The notes below the pieces were generated by a model. That model saw only the letters and a program-made list of their open reading frames with translations, did no database searches and was not told the DNA's origin. From Patescibacteria group bacterium UBA5147 (GTDB lineage: Bacteria > Patescibacteriota > Saccharimonadia > UBA4664), in contig DHXV01000001.1 of the NCBI GenBank assembly GCA_002415345.1, positions 136,305 to 200,304 on the forward strand: a DNA stretch of 64,000 nt, given 5' to 3'. Made by a program: the position numbers and the translations under genes. This document shows, one piece after another, positions 1-10,399 of the stretch (its first letter is position 1; each line of letters starts with the position of its first letter).

Positions 1-1040
1 ACCGACTGCGACCCCTACCACTGAGCCGAGCAGGGTGAGCACCAGGGCCTCGCTGACGAACTGGGTGACGATCTTGTAGTTGGAAGCGCCGATGGCTTTT
101 AAGACCCCGATTTCGCGGCGGCGTTCACGAACGATCATGATCATGGTAAGGAAAGTGATGACTCCGCCCGCCGCCAAGGCACCGATCAGGCTAAACAAGG
201 TGATGCCCCGGATGTTTTCCAACGGTTGCAAGGCCTGTTGCGAAGTATCCTGGGCCGACGTCACGTCGGCGGCGTCGCCAAGGGACGTCTTGATGGCCGC
301 GGTGGTGGCCGCGACGTTGGTGATGGAATCGACCTTCACAGTAGCCGAAGTCACGTCGCTCGGCTGGCCCGAAAGTCGTTGGAGGGTAGCCAGCGGGAAC
401 AAGACGGTGTTGCCGCCGAACCTGGTGCCGGTGTCGTAGATGCCTTTGACCGTGACCGGTGTCCCATAAGCCGTAAAGGTGGACCCGACCGTCAGGTTGT
501 TCTTGGTGGCCAGCGCCGCGCCGATGAGGGCCACGTTATCATTGGAGGCCGCATCGATGGTGCTGCCGGAGGTCAGCTTAATGACTGTTCCCTGGGACGA
601 GGTGGCGTCGGTGGTGCCGGTGGCCGTAACGGGTGGCGTAAAGTTGCCACCCGGACCCGTGCCGTCTCCCCCTCGGTTACGGCGTCCAAGCGTTCCGGCA
701 TCAATGGATGAGACCAAGCTGGTATCCGTCGTCGCCAGCCGCGCCTGAAGTTGCGAGACCACGCTGGTGACATGGGCGGTCTGGGTGATTTTGGTTACCT
801 GGGCGCTGGTCAGAGGTTCCCCGCCGCCTTCAAAACCCTGGGCCCCGGCCGGCGACACGTTGATGGTGTTGCCGATGGAACTCTTGACGCTGTTGATGCG
901 GTTGTCCACGGCCTGCCGCGATAGCAGCATCGTAATGGCCAAACCGACGCTCAAGCCCAATATTATGACAATTGATCCGGTGCGCACTGGATTGCGGAAG
1001 GCGTTTTTTGCCCCGCGAGCGATGAAGCTCATAAAGGTGA
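1..1040 (-). CDS. ABC transporter permease, FtsX/MacB-like (partial; 3' end lies beyond the window start)
   Basis: Open minus-strand frame from the window edge to the ATG at 1038-1040, with GGAG upstream. The translation has an N-terminal TM, a large extracytoplasmic domain and a C-terminal FtsX-type region (..VRERRREIGVLKAIGAS..). Confidence 0.7.
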
Positions 1041-1103
1041 TCTCCGATTATTCTGGTTCTATTTCTAAGCCTAGCGGCTCAGGTTGAGAACAAGCTGATT
1101 TTT

Positions 1104-2111
1104 TTAGCTTGCCAGCGGCAATTTAACCGTAAAGACCGAACCCTGTCCCGGACGGCTCGCCACCTCGATGGTCCCACCGTGCAGGTCGGTGATTTTTTTG
1201 GCAATCGACAGCCCCAGGCCGTAGCCGGCAATCTGCTGTTTGGACCTTGACGAATCGGCGCGATAGAACCGGTCGAAGATGTGCGGGATGTCGAGCGCCT
1301 TGATGCCCTGGCCTTCGTCACGCACCGTAACCAGCGCCCAGTGCCCATGGGTGGTTGCCCCCAGCGTAATCTTTGATTTGGCGGGGCTGTATTTGATAGC
1401 GTTATCAAGCAGAATGGCCAGCAGCTCCACGATGCTGTCGCGGTCGCCCCCGACCGTCAGCTGCCCAATCTGATTGTCTATTTGAACATCCTGTTTCCCT
1501 GAGGCGCCCGCCAGACGTTTAACGGCTACGGCCGAAGCTTCCGCCAGAGCAACCGGGGATTTGGCGATGGTCTGACCATCCTGCTGGGCCAATTTCAACA
1601 AACCGATCGACAGCGCCTCCAGCTTGGCGATTTCTTCCAGGTTGCTTTCAAGCAACTGCCGCGCCTCTCCGCTCGGTAGGTCCTTGCCCCTGAGCGCGAC
1701 CTCGATTTCCGACTTCATGGCCGTCAGCGGCGTGCGTAGCTCGTGCGAGGCATCAGCCGCAAAGCGACCCTGAGCCTCTAGCGCCGCTTCGATCGGCGTG
1801 AGGGTGCGGCGGGCCAGCACGAAACTGGCTCCCCCGGCCATAATTAGGATACCAGCGTTAATAATGACCAGATTAAGCTTGAGCCGGGACTTGGCATCGT
1901 TGAATAATTCCTGCGGCGTGGCGTTGGTCTGGCCGTCGTCCAGGTTGAAACGGAAACCGGGCCCCAGCTGGTAAATCACGCTCTCACGGTGAAAGCTCTG
2001 CTGCAGTTCCTGCTCCGAGGTACCATAAATTACCACACTGAACAGGATACTTATGGCCATGATTATGGCCAGGTACCACAAAGTCAGGCGGAAGGTGGCG
2101 GACTGGAACAT
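1104..2111 (-). CDS. Sensor histidine kinase (HisKA + HATPase_c)
   Basis: Has an H-box (SHELRTPLTAMKS), N/G boxes and a single N-terminal TM. The likely start is MFQSATF, 1 nt after the upstream response regulator's stop (TGAtATG); the listed longer ORF is an upstream extension. Confidence 0.85.
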   Translation of the reverse strand: MFQSATFRLTLWYLAIIMAISILFSVVIYGTSEQELQQSFHRESVIYQLGPGFRFNLDDGQTNATPQELFNDAKSRLKLNLVIINAGILIMAGGASFVLARRTLTPIEAALEAQGRFAADASHELRTPLTAMKSEIEVALRGKDLPSGEARQLLESNLEEIAKLEALSIGLLKLAQQDGQTIAKSPVALAEASAVAVKRLAGASGKQDVQIDNQIGQLTVGGDRDSIVELLAILLDNAIKYSPAKSKITLGATTHGHWALVTVRDEGQGIKALDIPHIFDRFYRADSSRSKQQIAGYGLGLSIAKKITDLHGGTIEVASRPGQGSVFTVKLPLAS

Positions 2112-2112
2112 A

Positions 2113-2811
2113 TCAGTTCGAAACACTAATTTTGTATCCGAAACCGCGAACAGTATGCAGTAAGTTCTGCCCCTTGAACGGTTTATCAATTTTATTGCGC
2201 AGATAGCCGATATAGACTTCCACCGTGTTCGGCAGGATGTCGGCATCGTAATCCCAGACGTGTTCGATGATGGAGTTCTTGGTGAGGACCCGGTTCTGAT
2301 TGCGCATCAGGTATTCCAGCAGCGCGTACTCTTTACTCGACAGGCTGATGGACGTGCCCTCCCGCGAGACGGCATAGGTCGTGGTATCAAGGCGCAGATC
2401 GTCAACGATCAGTTCGCTGCCGATGTGGTCCTTGGGGCGGCGCAGCAGCGCGCGGACGCGGGCCAACAGTTCCTCAAAGGCGAACGGTTTGACTAAATAA
2501 TCATCGGCGCCGGCGTTGAGTCCGGTAACGCGGTCGCTGATAAGGTCCTTGGCCGTGAGCATCAGCACCGGCGTGTGGATGCCTTCGGCGCGGATTTCCT
2601 TACAGATGTCCACGCCTTCGATCAGGCCGGGCAACATGCGGTCCAGAATAATGACGTCGTGCTCGCCGGTCAGGGCGCTGCTGAGGCCCTCGTCGGCGTC
2701 ATACGCCACGTCCACCGCAAACGACTCCTGCTCCAGGCCGCGTTTTAAGGCCCCGGCTATCTTATGTTCGTCTTCGACGACAAGTATTCTCATGCGCCAA
2801 TCATATACCAA
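2113..2811 (-). CDS. OmpR-family response regulator (receiver + winged-helix)
   Basis: N-terminal receiver (ILVVEDE...DVIILD...LMLTA) and C-terminal OmpR/PhoB-type DNA-binding domain (YLRNKID...TVRGFGY). Confidence 0.9.
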   Translation of the reverse strand: MVYDWRMRILVVEDEHKIAGALKRGLEQESFAVDVAYDADEGLSSALTGEHDVIILDRMLPGLIEGVDICKEIRAEGIHTPVLMLTAKDLISDRVTGLNAGADDYLVKPFAFEELLARVRALLRRPKDHIGSELIVDDLRLDTTTYAVSREGTSISLSSKEYALLEYLMRNQNRVLTKNSIIEHVWDYDADILPNTVEVYIGYLRNKIDKPFKGQNLLHTVRGFGYKISVSN

Positions 2812-2876
2812 GATAACTGAGAAACCACTGAATCCCGTCGGGTCCGGGCTTGGAATAAGGCGACCCGGAACTTATA

Positions 2877-3950
2877 ATGCCTGTAATGGTCACTCCTTTT
2901 TCCGGTCTCCCAATTGCTGGTGGCCGCATTATCTTGTTTATTATGGTCGCAACCGTCCTGCTTGGCAGCGGGGTGGCGACGGCCCTGTCGCTCCCGCAGC
3001 CGACCCGCGCCATGGGCTCAGAAAACTTACGCTACCCGGTCGATATCAGCACCAGCTACATCGCCCTGACCAAGCAGATGGCGGCGTTCCAGGACCGCCA
3101 GGTCAAATTCGGCCGCACCGTTGCCAGTACCGATGAAATCCGCACTGAGCTCGCGGATATCCAGTTGGAAGCCGCCACGCGGCAGTACCGCCAGACCAGG
3201 GTCAGTATCCGAAGCCTCGCCGCCAAAGTGGTAGCCTGGGACAGTCAGCTGACGCGCGAAACCGTGGCTTCGGGCGAAGCCGGCGGTGCGGTTGGTTTGA
3301 GCGTTCCCATCCTGCTCTACCATTACGCCCCCGGCGATTTTGCCGCCCAGCTTGAGCATTTAAAGACCCACAGCTACAACGTCGTGGACCTGGATCAGGT
3401 GGCGGCGGCGATGTCGGGCGGGACGCCGTTGCCCGACAAGCCGGTGGTAATTACCTTTGACGACGGCTTCGCCAACCAGCTCCAAGCCTTTGAGACGCTG
3501 CGCCAATACAACATGAAAGCCACCTACTTCATTATCACTGGGGGTACTGCCAGCCGCTGGTGCATCGGGGCCGGCCGTCGCAGCGGCGACCCCCTCCAGC
3601 CCCCTGGCGGCTGCGGCGACAGCTACTTGAATTGGGACCAGGTCCGAATGCTCGACCGTAGCGGACTCATAACCATCGGCGCCCATACGGTGGACCACCA
3701 GAACCTGGCGTCGGACAGTCCCGAGCAACAGCTGTTTGAAATCAGCCAGAGCAAGGTCCAGCTGGAGTCCCAGCTGGGGCACCCGGTGCATCATTTCTGC
3801 TACCCCTACGGCTCGTACAATCAGACGACAGTCGACCTGGTACGCCAAGCCGGTTTCATCACGGCGACCACTACCCTTCCGGGCACCATCCAACCGCCGG
3901 GGTCGCTCTTTACGCTCCGGCGTATCCGCGACACCTTATCGCTGCCTTAG
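2877..3950 (+). CDS. Polysaccharide deacetylase (NodB-homology domain), membrane-anchored or secreted
   Basis: N-terminal hydrophobic segment. Has NodB motifs (VVITFDDGFANQ, TYFIITG, GAHTVDHQNL). Confidence 0.7.
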   Translation: MPVMVTPFSGLPIAGGRIILFIMVATVLLGSGVATALSLPQPTRAMGSENLRYPVDISTSYIALTKQMAAFQDRQVKFGRTVASTDEIRTELADIQLEAATRQYRQTRVSIRSLAAKVVAWDSQLTRETVASGEAGGAVGLSVPILLYHYAPGDFAAQLEHLKTHSYNVVDLDQVAAAMSGGTPLPDKPVVITFDDGFANQLQAFETLRQYNMKATYFIITGGTASRWCIGAGRRSGDPLQPPGGCGDSYLNWDQVRMLDRSGLITIGAHTVDHQNLASDSPEQQLFEISQSKVQLESQLGHPVHHFCYPYGSYNQTTVDLVRQAGFITATTTLPGTIQPPGSLFTLRRIRDTLSLP

Positions 3951-3961
3951 AATAAGAAAAA

Positions 3962-4147
3962 TTAGAAACTGCGGCCGAGGTCATCGATTAAGACATAGAG
4001 ACTAATCAGCAAGGCAAACAACCAGCTGCCCCAATGCGGCGACCAGTCAGGCGTATGGCGCAATCGGTGATAGAGCCGCTCTGCCAGCCGCAAGCAGCCG
4101 AAAACCACGATAAAAACCAGTAAGGCCGCAGCGACGGACTTATACAT
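3962..4147 (-). CDS. Small hypothetical membrane protein (61 aa)
   Basis: ORF with two hydrophobic segments; no recognisable domain. Overlaps the end of the downstream RR by 8 nt. Confidence 0.2.
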   Translation of the reverse strand: MYKSVAAALLVFIVVFGCLRLAERLYHRLRHTPDWSPHWGSWLFALLISLYVLIDDLGRSF

Positions 4148-4559
4148 CGGATTTTTTGGCGACCAGCTGCAGCTTGGAATTGATAAGATCCAGGACTTGG
4201 CGAGGGGTCATTTCGGCCTTCACCAGGTAATCGGCCCCAAAGCTGGTGGCGCGTTTGCGGTCGTCCATATTGGATGAGTTCGTCAAGACTATGATGGGCA
4301 TGGTAGAGAAATCATAGCCGTCGTTCTGTAACGCGCCCAGGACTTCCAGGCCGGACAGTTCCGGCATGTTGATATCGAAGATCGCCAGGCTGGGGTGCTC
4401 GGATTTAACCGCCTCAAAGGCGTCGCGGCCGTTGGTTTTAAGAATTACCTTGAACCCGGCGGAGGTCAGCTTAATCTCATACATGCGAGATATGAACGGG
4501 TCGTCTTCGGCAATCAGGATGATCTTGCCGACCCCAAGTTGTGCGTCATTAATTGCCAC
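4140..4559 (-). CDS. Single-domain (CheY-like) response regulator, paralog A
   Basis: Receiver motifs (ILIAEDD...IFDINMP...KAEMTPRQV). Lies directly downstream of HK 4560-6713. Paralogous to 11634-12035 and 28503-28907. Confidence 0.85.
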   Translation of the reverse strand: MAINDAQLGVGKIILIAEDDPFISRMYEIKLTSAGFKVILKTNGRDAFEAVKSEHPSLAIFDINMPELSGLEVLGALQNDGYDFSTMPIIVLTNSSNMDDRKRATSFGADYLVKAEMTPRQVLDLINSKLQLVAKKSDV

Positions 4560-6713
4560 TTATCCCTCTTTCTTGTTGACTGATGCCGGCCGGAGCGGGA
4601 GTTCGAATCCAAAGGTCGAACCTTTTCCGAGCGAGCTGCTAAACAGTATTGTACCACCTTGGTCCTCAACGACGCGCCGGGCCAGGTACAGCCCCAAACC
4701 GGTGCCGTCCGGACGGACCGTCATCGCGTTATCCGCCCTGAAGAACTTGCTGAACAGCTTCTTCTTGGCCTCTTCCGGAACACCAATGCCGGTATCGGTA
4801 ACCCTAAGGCGCACGTACTGGCCAGTTTGGTCAAGCGTTACGGTTACACTTCCTGTTTGCGTGTAATAGATGGCATTGTCGATGAAATTCATTACAACTT
4901 GACGGGTCTTGTTGTCATCGATTTCCGCCAACGGCAGTGGCAGAGCCGGGGGATCAAAAATAAGCTTAATGTTCTTGGCTGAAGCATGGGTTTCAAGCTG
5001 GCGTACCTCGTCCCTGATCATATCGACCATGTCGGTGGGCTTGGTCTGGATAATGAACCGCCCGGCACTCAGCCGGGAGACGTTCAACAGGTCCGAAATC
5101 AGGTTGACCATCCGCTCCGACGACCCAAAAGCGTAACCCGCGAATTCCGTCTGGGTTTTGCTCATGCGTCCGGCGTCCCCTTCCAGCATCATGCTCAGGT
5201 AGCCCTTGATGGTAGTCAGCGGCGTGCGCAACTGGTGAGATGCCATACTAATGAACTCGTCCTTGGCCTGATCAAGTTCCTTAAGATGGCGGTTGGCAAC
5301 GCGCAGACGGCTGGTAGCATGATCCACCCGCGCCTGCAGAGTTTGGTTGAACTCCTGGATTTCCGCGTAGGCCTTGGCATTCAAAATCGCGACCGCCAGC
5401 TGCTTGGCGATTATTTCCAAGACTTCCAGATCCTGACTGGAATAAATATCGCCAGAGAGCTTATCGCCCAGCAATAAGTAGCCGATGAATTCCTCGCGAG
5501 TTCGCAGCATTAATGATACGCGAATGCCATGCTCGTCGAGTAGTTCCTTGCGCTCACCTTCCGGTAGCTCGTCAGCCACAAGAACCGCATGTTTCAACCG
5601 TTGCAGTTCTGGCACCACCATAAGCCGCATTGGCAGCGGACCGTGATGTTCGATGCGATAGACGCGGTCGTGATTGAATACCACAATCTGTCCGAATTGA
5701 ATATTGAGCTGTTGGCAAATATCCGTGATAGACCGCTTAAGAATACGATCCAGGTCCAATTCATACACCAAAATTTTAGAAAAATTGTTGAGGACGATTT
5801 GGGAATTATAGCGATTCTGAAAGAACATTCGCGCTGTGGCATTTTCAAAGAACCGCCGCAGTGGCTGGAATGAGAAAGCTAAAGTTAAAGCGAGCACAAT
5901 ATAAATAATTTGCTGATCTTGTCTGATGGAAGCTCCAGGAAATAGCAAATTTGAAATGCTGAAAATTGCTCCCCCATACAATACGGCCAGACTCACGAGA
6001 AGCAACACGTACGCTACCGACTTTGCTACAATCGAGCGAATATCCAGAAGGTGATTTTTTAAAATCGAATATGCTATCGAGAATTCGGCAATTAGTAAAA
6101 ATAGCGGACTTAGGGGAATAAGAGCTGAGTTTTTAAATAGCAGCGGTATCACCAGGGTTGCAACTAAGGTTGCGCCAAAACTAAGCGTAATCCCATAGTT
6201 AATATAACGCAGCTGAAGTTTTAAGCGTCCAGTGGCGTGACGGTATTTTCGGTACAGAATTATCGCTCCCGAAACCAAACTAATTATTTGGAGGGCTGCA
6301 AATGATGCTATCGCTGGACCAGTCTGGATTGCAGGCTGACCATTGATGATTTCAACTCGTTGGAATATCAGACCGAGGAAACCTAGGAAGATATTTATTA
6401 CAACCCAGATGACAAAGACTACCGAGAGTTTATTTGTCAGGAATTTTTTTCCTGGAAAAGCACTCACAAATAGATACAGCAGCGACCCCGCGGGGATTGC
6501 CGAAACTAGAATGAATTTCGCCCAGAATAAAGCCGTTTCCGGAGTGTTGGAGTGTAAGGCCAGGTAATTGAATACGGGATACAATCCAATGAAGACAATA
6601 AGCAATGCAAAATAAACATTGGTTGCGCTCCGACTATTTTTTGCATAGATAAACGACGCCAGAATTAAACTGACCAATGAGGTTACGACGGCGATAATGA
6701 TGTCTAGAGTCAT
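4560..6713 (-). CDS. Multi-pass membrane sensor histidine kinase (polytopic N-terminus, GAF-like region, HisKA, HATPase_c), paralog A
   Basis: About 10 predicted TM helices in the N-terminal ~300 aa. Has an H-box (ASHQLRTPLTTIKGY) and an ATPase domain (GTGLGLYLARRVVEDQGGTI). Strongly paralogous to 24662-26896. Confidence 0.9.
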   Translation of the reverse strand: MTLDIIIAVVTSLVSLILASFIYAKNSRSATNVYFALLIVFIGLYPVFNYLALHSNTPETALFWAKFILVSAIPAGSLLYLFVSAFPGKKFLTNKLSVVFVIWVVINIFLGFLGLIFQRVEIINGQPAIQTGPAIASFAALQIISLVSGAIILYRKYRHATGRLKLQLRYINYGITLSFGATLVATLVIPLLFKNSALIPLSPLFLLIAEFSIAYSILKNHLLDIRSIVAKSVAYVLLLVSLAVLYGGAIFSISNLLFPGASIRQDQQIIYIVLALTLAFSFQPLRRFFENATARMFFQNRYNSQIVLNNFSKILVYELDLDRILKRSITDICQQLNIQFGQIVVFNHDRVYRIEHHGPLPMRLMVVPELQRLKHAVLVADELPEGERKELLDEHGIRVSLMLRTREEFIGYLLLGDKLSGDIYSSQDLEVLEIIAKQLAVAILNAKAYAEIQEFNQTLQARVDHATSRLRVANRHLKELDQAKDEFISMASHQLRTPLTTIKGYLSMMLEGDAGRMSKTQTEFAGYAFGSSERMVNLISDLLNVSRLSAGRFIIQTKPTDMVDMIRDEVRQLETHASAKNIKLIFDPPALPLPLAEIDDNKTRQVVMNFIDNAIYYTQTGSVTVTLDQTGQYVRLRVTDTGIGVPEEAKKKLFSKFFRADNAMTVRPDGTGLGLYLARRVVEDQGGTILFSSSLGKGSTFGFELPLRPASVNKKEG

Positions 6714-6722
6714 AACGGCCCC

Positions 6723-7703
6723 TTAGATAATGCGACGCGGAGTATGGTATATCTCATTATAAGCATAACCGGTTCTAAAAAAAACTTGTACTTTGCTTGG
6801 AGCGATTTTCATTACTTCTGCGAGCGCTTTGCTGGCAGGAGGGTATTCAACCATGGCTGCCATAATCGTTATTACTAATCCGTCTTTTGTAGCCTGGAGA
6901 GCAATTAATTCGAAAGCTCTTCCCGCAGCAAACCAATCCGCCGGTGAGTCATGCGGAGTAGAGATTACTCCAATTGTCGGCGAGTTCAGAATGAGGTGAC
7001 GGTCTTTTTTGCCACGAATGCTCAATATCCACGGAGCCAGACTGATTAAAGCGGGTATAACACGGGAAAAGATTGGTCGCAAACCTATCACAAACCCAGG
7101 CATCCCATCGGTGCGAGCTGTGTCGTTTGGGCGCATCCAATGAGCCAGTTCGCGGCCAAATCTGGGCGATCTGGCGATATTTCTTGCGGCATCGACATGA
7201 ATCTCAGCAATCTTGGCGATGGTAGATGATGATGATGTAAAGGCAGTTAAATTGGGAGAAAGTTGTTGGAGGGTTGCTAGCTGTTCTTTCGAAATGAGTT
7301 GACTGGAATAGTTAAGTTTATTGGAGTAGCGTTGTTTGATTGCTTGAAACAGACCATCATCCGCCGTTTTTCCGTGTTGAAATGAAATTGTAATTTCGGT
7401 TGCGTCGAGAGTTACATGAGTGTCTAAACCAAAGTAAGCTGCGGCGATTTCGATATTCTTGGCTACGGCACCAAGGCTTATCCAGCCGCCCCGACCGCTT
7501 GGATCCGAGGCCGGCAATGAGAGTTTTGGATTTAGCTTTAGACAGAGTGACCGCTCTTGGACCTCAAACTCCCAAGGCTGGGTATTGTGAACCGAAGGAG
7601 CCAAAATACCGTAACCGATTAAAAATCTAATCTGTTCTTTGATGCTAGCTTTGCGCGGAAAATTGTTTTCGTTAATATCCCAAGCCAAATAATTTGGGGT
7701 CAT
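6723..7703 (-). CDS. Nitroreductase-fold FMN oxidoreductase, Acg-family-like (two nitroreductase-like halves)
   Basis: N-terminal HNTQPWEF motif typical of the nitroreductase/Acg family. The ~326 aa length fits a tandem-lobe architecture. Overlaps the upstream gene by 4 nt. Confidence 0.55.
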   Translation of the reverse strand: MTPNYLAWDINENNFPRKASIKEQIRFLIGYGILAPSVHNTQPWEFEVQERSLCLKLNPKLSLPASDPSGRGGWISLGAVAKNIEIAAAYFGLDTHVTLDATEITISFQHGKTADDGLFQAIKQRYSNKLNYSSQLISKEQLATLQQLSPNLTAFTSSSSTIAKIAEIHVDAARNIARSPRFGRELAHWMRPNDTARTDGMPGFVIGLRPIFSRVIPALISLAPWILSIRGKKDRHLILNSPTIGVISTPHDSPADWFAAGRAFELIALQATKDGLVITIMAAMVEYPPASKALAEVMKIAPSKVQVFFRTGYAYNEIYHTPRRII

Positions 7704-8836
7704 AGCGGACCCTTGCGGATCATTTCGACTATTGCCTCTCGCTGGTCATTGTCAAGTTCCTTAACCTTCATGGTTTCCGTCAGGGACAAAAAATAACGGC
7801 CAGCCGGCAAATCTTGACCCAAGCTAAGGCGACGAATCAGGAACGCGCCAATTCCCCCGTCCATAATAACCGCACTCGCAATTTGAGGCCGACCAACGAG
7901 CGTACGGTTAATTTGTATCAATGAGGCGAGAGCACGGGTTGGAACATACTTTTCACCGACCAGCTCCATAGCGTAACGCTGTTTGGCGCTCTCTGTTATC
8001 GGTTGACTCAAAATATCTTCAGGCAGTGATCCGAGCAGCCCGTGGAAGAGCTCGGACTTGGGGTCAAGATCATACCGCTCGATATCGATAAGAATGTTGT
8101 CGCCAAGACTGGTGAGCATAAGCACTGGTATTCCAAGCTCCCGAGCGGCAATTCGCAAGCGGATTTTCATTTCAAAGTCATCTATTTCATCAAAGACGGC
8201 AACCGGTTTCGGTGTTCCAAGGAACTGCGTCATTGTCGTTCCGGTTAGCCGACCCAGAAACGACAGCTTTAGGTAGGGATTAAGCTCCCACAGCTGTTGA
8301 GCTAACACCTCTTGCTTCGATAAACCTAGTTGGTGAATGCCAGCGCGGAGGCGGTTTAGATTACACGTCTCAAGTACATCATCGTCACTGAGTCGCAACG
8401 TCCTAATGCCATGTTGGGCCAGGCCCATAGCAATCCCGTTGCCCACCGATAATCCGGCAATACTTACCCTTACTTCACCCAACGTGACCTGTTCATCCGC
8501 AGTGACTAGATTCTGATTGCGGTTGGAGCGGAGGCGCTCAAAATCATCCTGCGCAACCATATGAATCAATTGACCGCTCCAAGGCAAATAGACCCAATTA
8601 CCAACCAAATCAGGTTGGTCGCCGAGCCTCTGGGCCACAAACGCCTTCTGTTGCTCTAGAAAATCTGGTTCCCGGAGCTGCTCAGGATTAAGAATTTCAA
8701 ACAGCTCAGCCACCTGACTGGCAATAATGTCACGTTGCTTCCAGACCGGCTTATCCTGTCGAAGTTTTTCGAGGTCCATTTGGCCATACGAACCCGCTGT
8801 TAGGATTAGCGGTGTTGGGATCATTTCTTGATCCAC
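7700..8836 (-). CDS. E1-like (ThiF/MoeB/MccB-type) adenylyltransferase-fold protein with ~120 aa N-terminal extension
   Basis: Rossmann GxGxxG (IAGLSVGNGIAMGLAQHGI) followed by a DDDVLETCNLNRL motif typical of E1/ThiF; N- and C-terminal extensions. Confidence 0.6.
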   Translation of the reverse strand: MDQEMIPTPLILTAGSYGQMDLEKLRQDKPVWKQRDIIASQVAELFEILNPEQLREPDFLEQQKAFVAQRLGDQPDLVGNWVYLPWSGQLIHMVAQDDFERLRSNRNQNLVTADEQVTLGEVRVSIAGLSVGNGIAMGLAQHGIRTLRLSDDDVLETCNLNRLRAGIHQLGLSKQEVLAQQLWELNPYLKLSFLGRLTGTTMTQFLGTPKPVAVFDEIDDFEMKIRLRIAARELGIPVLMLTSLGDNILIDIERYDLDPKSELFHGLLGSLPEDILSQPITESAKQRYAMELVGEKYVPTRALASLIQINRTLVGRPQIASAVIMDGGIGAFLIRRLSLGQDLPAGRYFLSLTETMKVKELDNDQREAIVEMIRKGPL

Positions 8837-10350
8837 TTCTGCTTCGTCCCCGGCATAAAGTGAGTTACATGTTCATAGTCCCAAAATACCAACTTCGGGC
8901 GAATCTTGTCGCCGTACTCTTCGTATGTACTACGGAATTCGGAATTATCGTGTAGCAATCGAGCCATGACGGCCTCCATCAGCCTGGCCGAAAACTCCGG
9001 AGTATTTTCGGTTTCGGGTTTGAGCTCAAAATTAATTATTAATTTCTGGCGGGCTTTGGTATCGAAATCAACGGTCATGGTGAACTTGCCTGTTAGCTCA
9101 TGGGCGAAGGTGTCGGCGGAAACAACGTGCCGAATTGTCTCAGGGTAAACTTGAAACGCATAGAATGAGACCGAAAAGTCGCTTCGCTCATAGACGTACA
9201 CAAAGGGCAGGTTCCAAATGGTTTCAATTCCTGCTTCCTCGGCCATAGTCCGCAAGTCGAGCCCGTTATCGGAAAACTTCTGCTCCATCTGCGCCAACGT
9301 CACGATGCCGCCATGGTCTTTGAGGTCGTAGCGAATCAGCGGAATACCGCTTGGGGCCGAACAAAAGAGGTTTTGTCCGTCGGCTTCAAAGAAAAATTGC
9401 TCGGGTATGTATTGTGCTAAGGTGGGAAGCTTGGTTGCCTGTCCGAAAATATCCTGATAAAGTTTGGGATTTGTAAGCGCAATTCGACGAATCAGGATGG
9501 CTACAGGAGTTTCGTGGGCCATCGTACCTAAGTCGACCGTGCCATAATGGTTAAGGGTACTCGTCAGAGGGTCATCGATACCGGTCTTGGCGCAAATATA
9601 GTTTCGAAATTCTTCATTAAACCCCTCAGCCGAAAAGACAAAGCCGAGCTTGTAGTCTTTCCAGTTCAGACCAGCGCGGATGCCATCATCGATAATATCT
9701 TTTAAAAATGGCGCATACGAGCCAATAATCACCTGGTCATAATCGTGCCCCAAGTTCTGGACCGCTTTAATGACTTCGGCTTTGTTAATTCCGGGGGTAA
9801 TAATACTAAGGTCATAATTACCTCGCTCCCCCACCCGTCGAATAGCTTCATAGGTAAAGAGGCCACCAATCCATGCCCCCATAGGAAAAGCGACAATATA
9901 GAGCGTGCTTCGCTCATGAATCTTGAAATTATTTCTTAGGTACAGTTCGGCCGAAAGCGCGTATTGATCGTCTTGGACGCTCGTTCGAGGGAAATAGAAC
10001 GGCTCACCAGTCGATCCTGAAGTCGTGGAAATAATCCAACTATGCCCATTTAAACTCCCGCCCCAAACCATCTGGGCTCGGGTAAATCGTCGCAAATACG
10101 AATCCTTATCTAGCAGCGGGAAGTCGGCTAGCGCTTTTTTACTGACCTCAAGAAGATTCAGGCCTGCCTCTTGAAGAATAATTTTATAGGCAGGAACACT
10201 GATACTCATTGCAATAGCCTGATTCAGTGCGCGTCGATAGCCACGCTCAATCCATTCAGCCTCAGGAACCTGAACTAAAAGAGATTCAAGAGCAACCGGA
10301 TTTATCTCTTCGAGGGCTACTTCGGTATCTACTGCGTTATTAGCTATCAT
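8821..10350 (-). CDS. Phenylacetate-CoA ligase / F390-synthetase (CapK) family adenylate-forming enzyme
   Basis: AMP-binding core motif TSGSTGEPF; 509 aa; overlaps the downstream E1-like gene by 16 nt. Confidence 0.65.
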   Translation of the reverse strand: MIANNAVDTEVALEEINPVALESLLVQVPEAEWIERGYRRALNQAIAMSISVPAYKIILQEAGLNLLEVSKKALADFPLLDKDSYLRRFTRAQMVWGGSLNGHSWIISTTSGSTGEPFYFPRTSVQDDQYALSAELYLRNNFKIHERSTLYIVAFPMGAWIGGLFTYEAIRRVGERGNYDLSIITPGINKAEVIKAVQNLGHDYDQVIIGSYAPFLKDIIDDGIRAGLNWKDYKLGFVFSAEGFNEEFRNYICAKTGIDDPLTSTLNHYGTVDLGTMAHETPVAILIRRIALTNPKLYQDIFGQATKLPTLAQYIPEQFFFEADGQNLFCSAPSGIPLIRYDLKDHGGIVTLAQMEQKFSDNGLDLRTMAEEAGIETIWNLPFVYVYERSDFSVSFYAFQVYPETIRHVVSADTFAHELTGKFTMTVDFDTKARQKLIINFELKPETENTPEFSARLMEAVMARLLHDNSEFRSTYEEYGDKIRPKLVFWDYEHVTHFMPGTKQKWIKK

Positions 10351-10399
10351 ATTAGCATTAGCGTATTATAAAAATACCCTAAAAACCAGAGTAGCAACT

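Noticed and set aside
6723-8836. TOMM (thiazole/oxazole) biosynthesis pair SagB-dehydrogenase + E1-like docking protein
   Set aside because: No YcaO cyclodehydratase gene is present in or near the operon. The nitroreductase-fold protein's N-terminal HNTQPWEF motif and two-lobe length fit the Acg-type family better. Kept only as an alternative in the finding.
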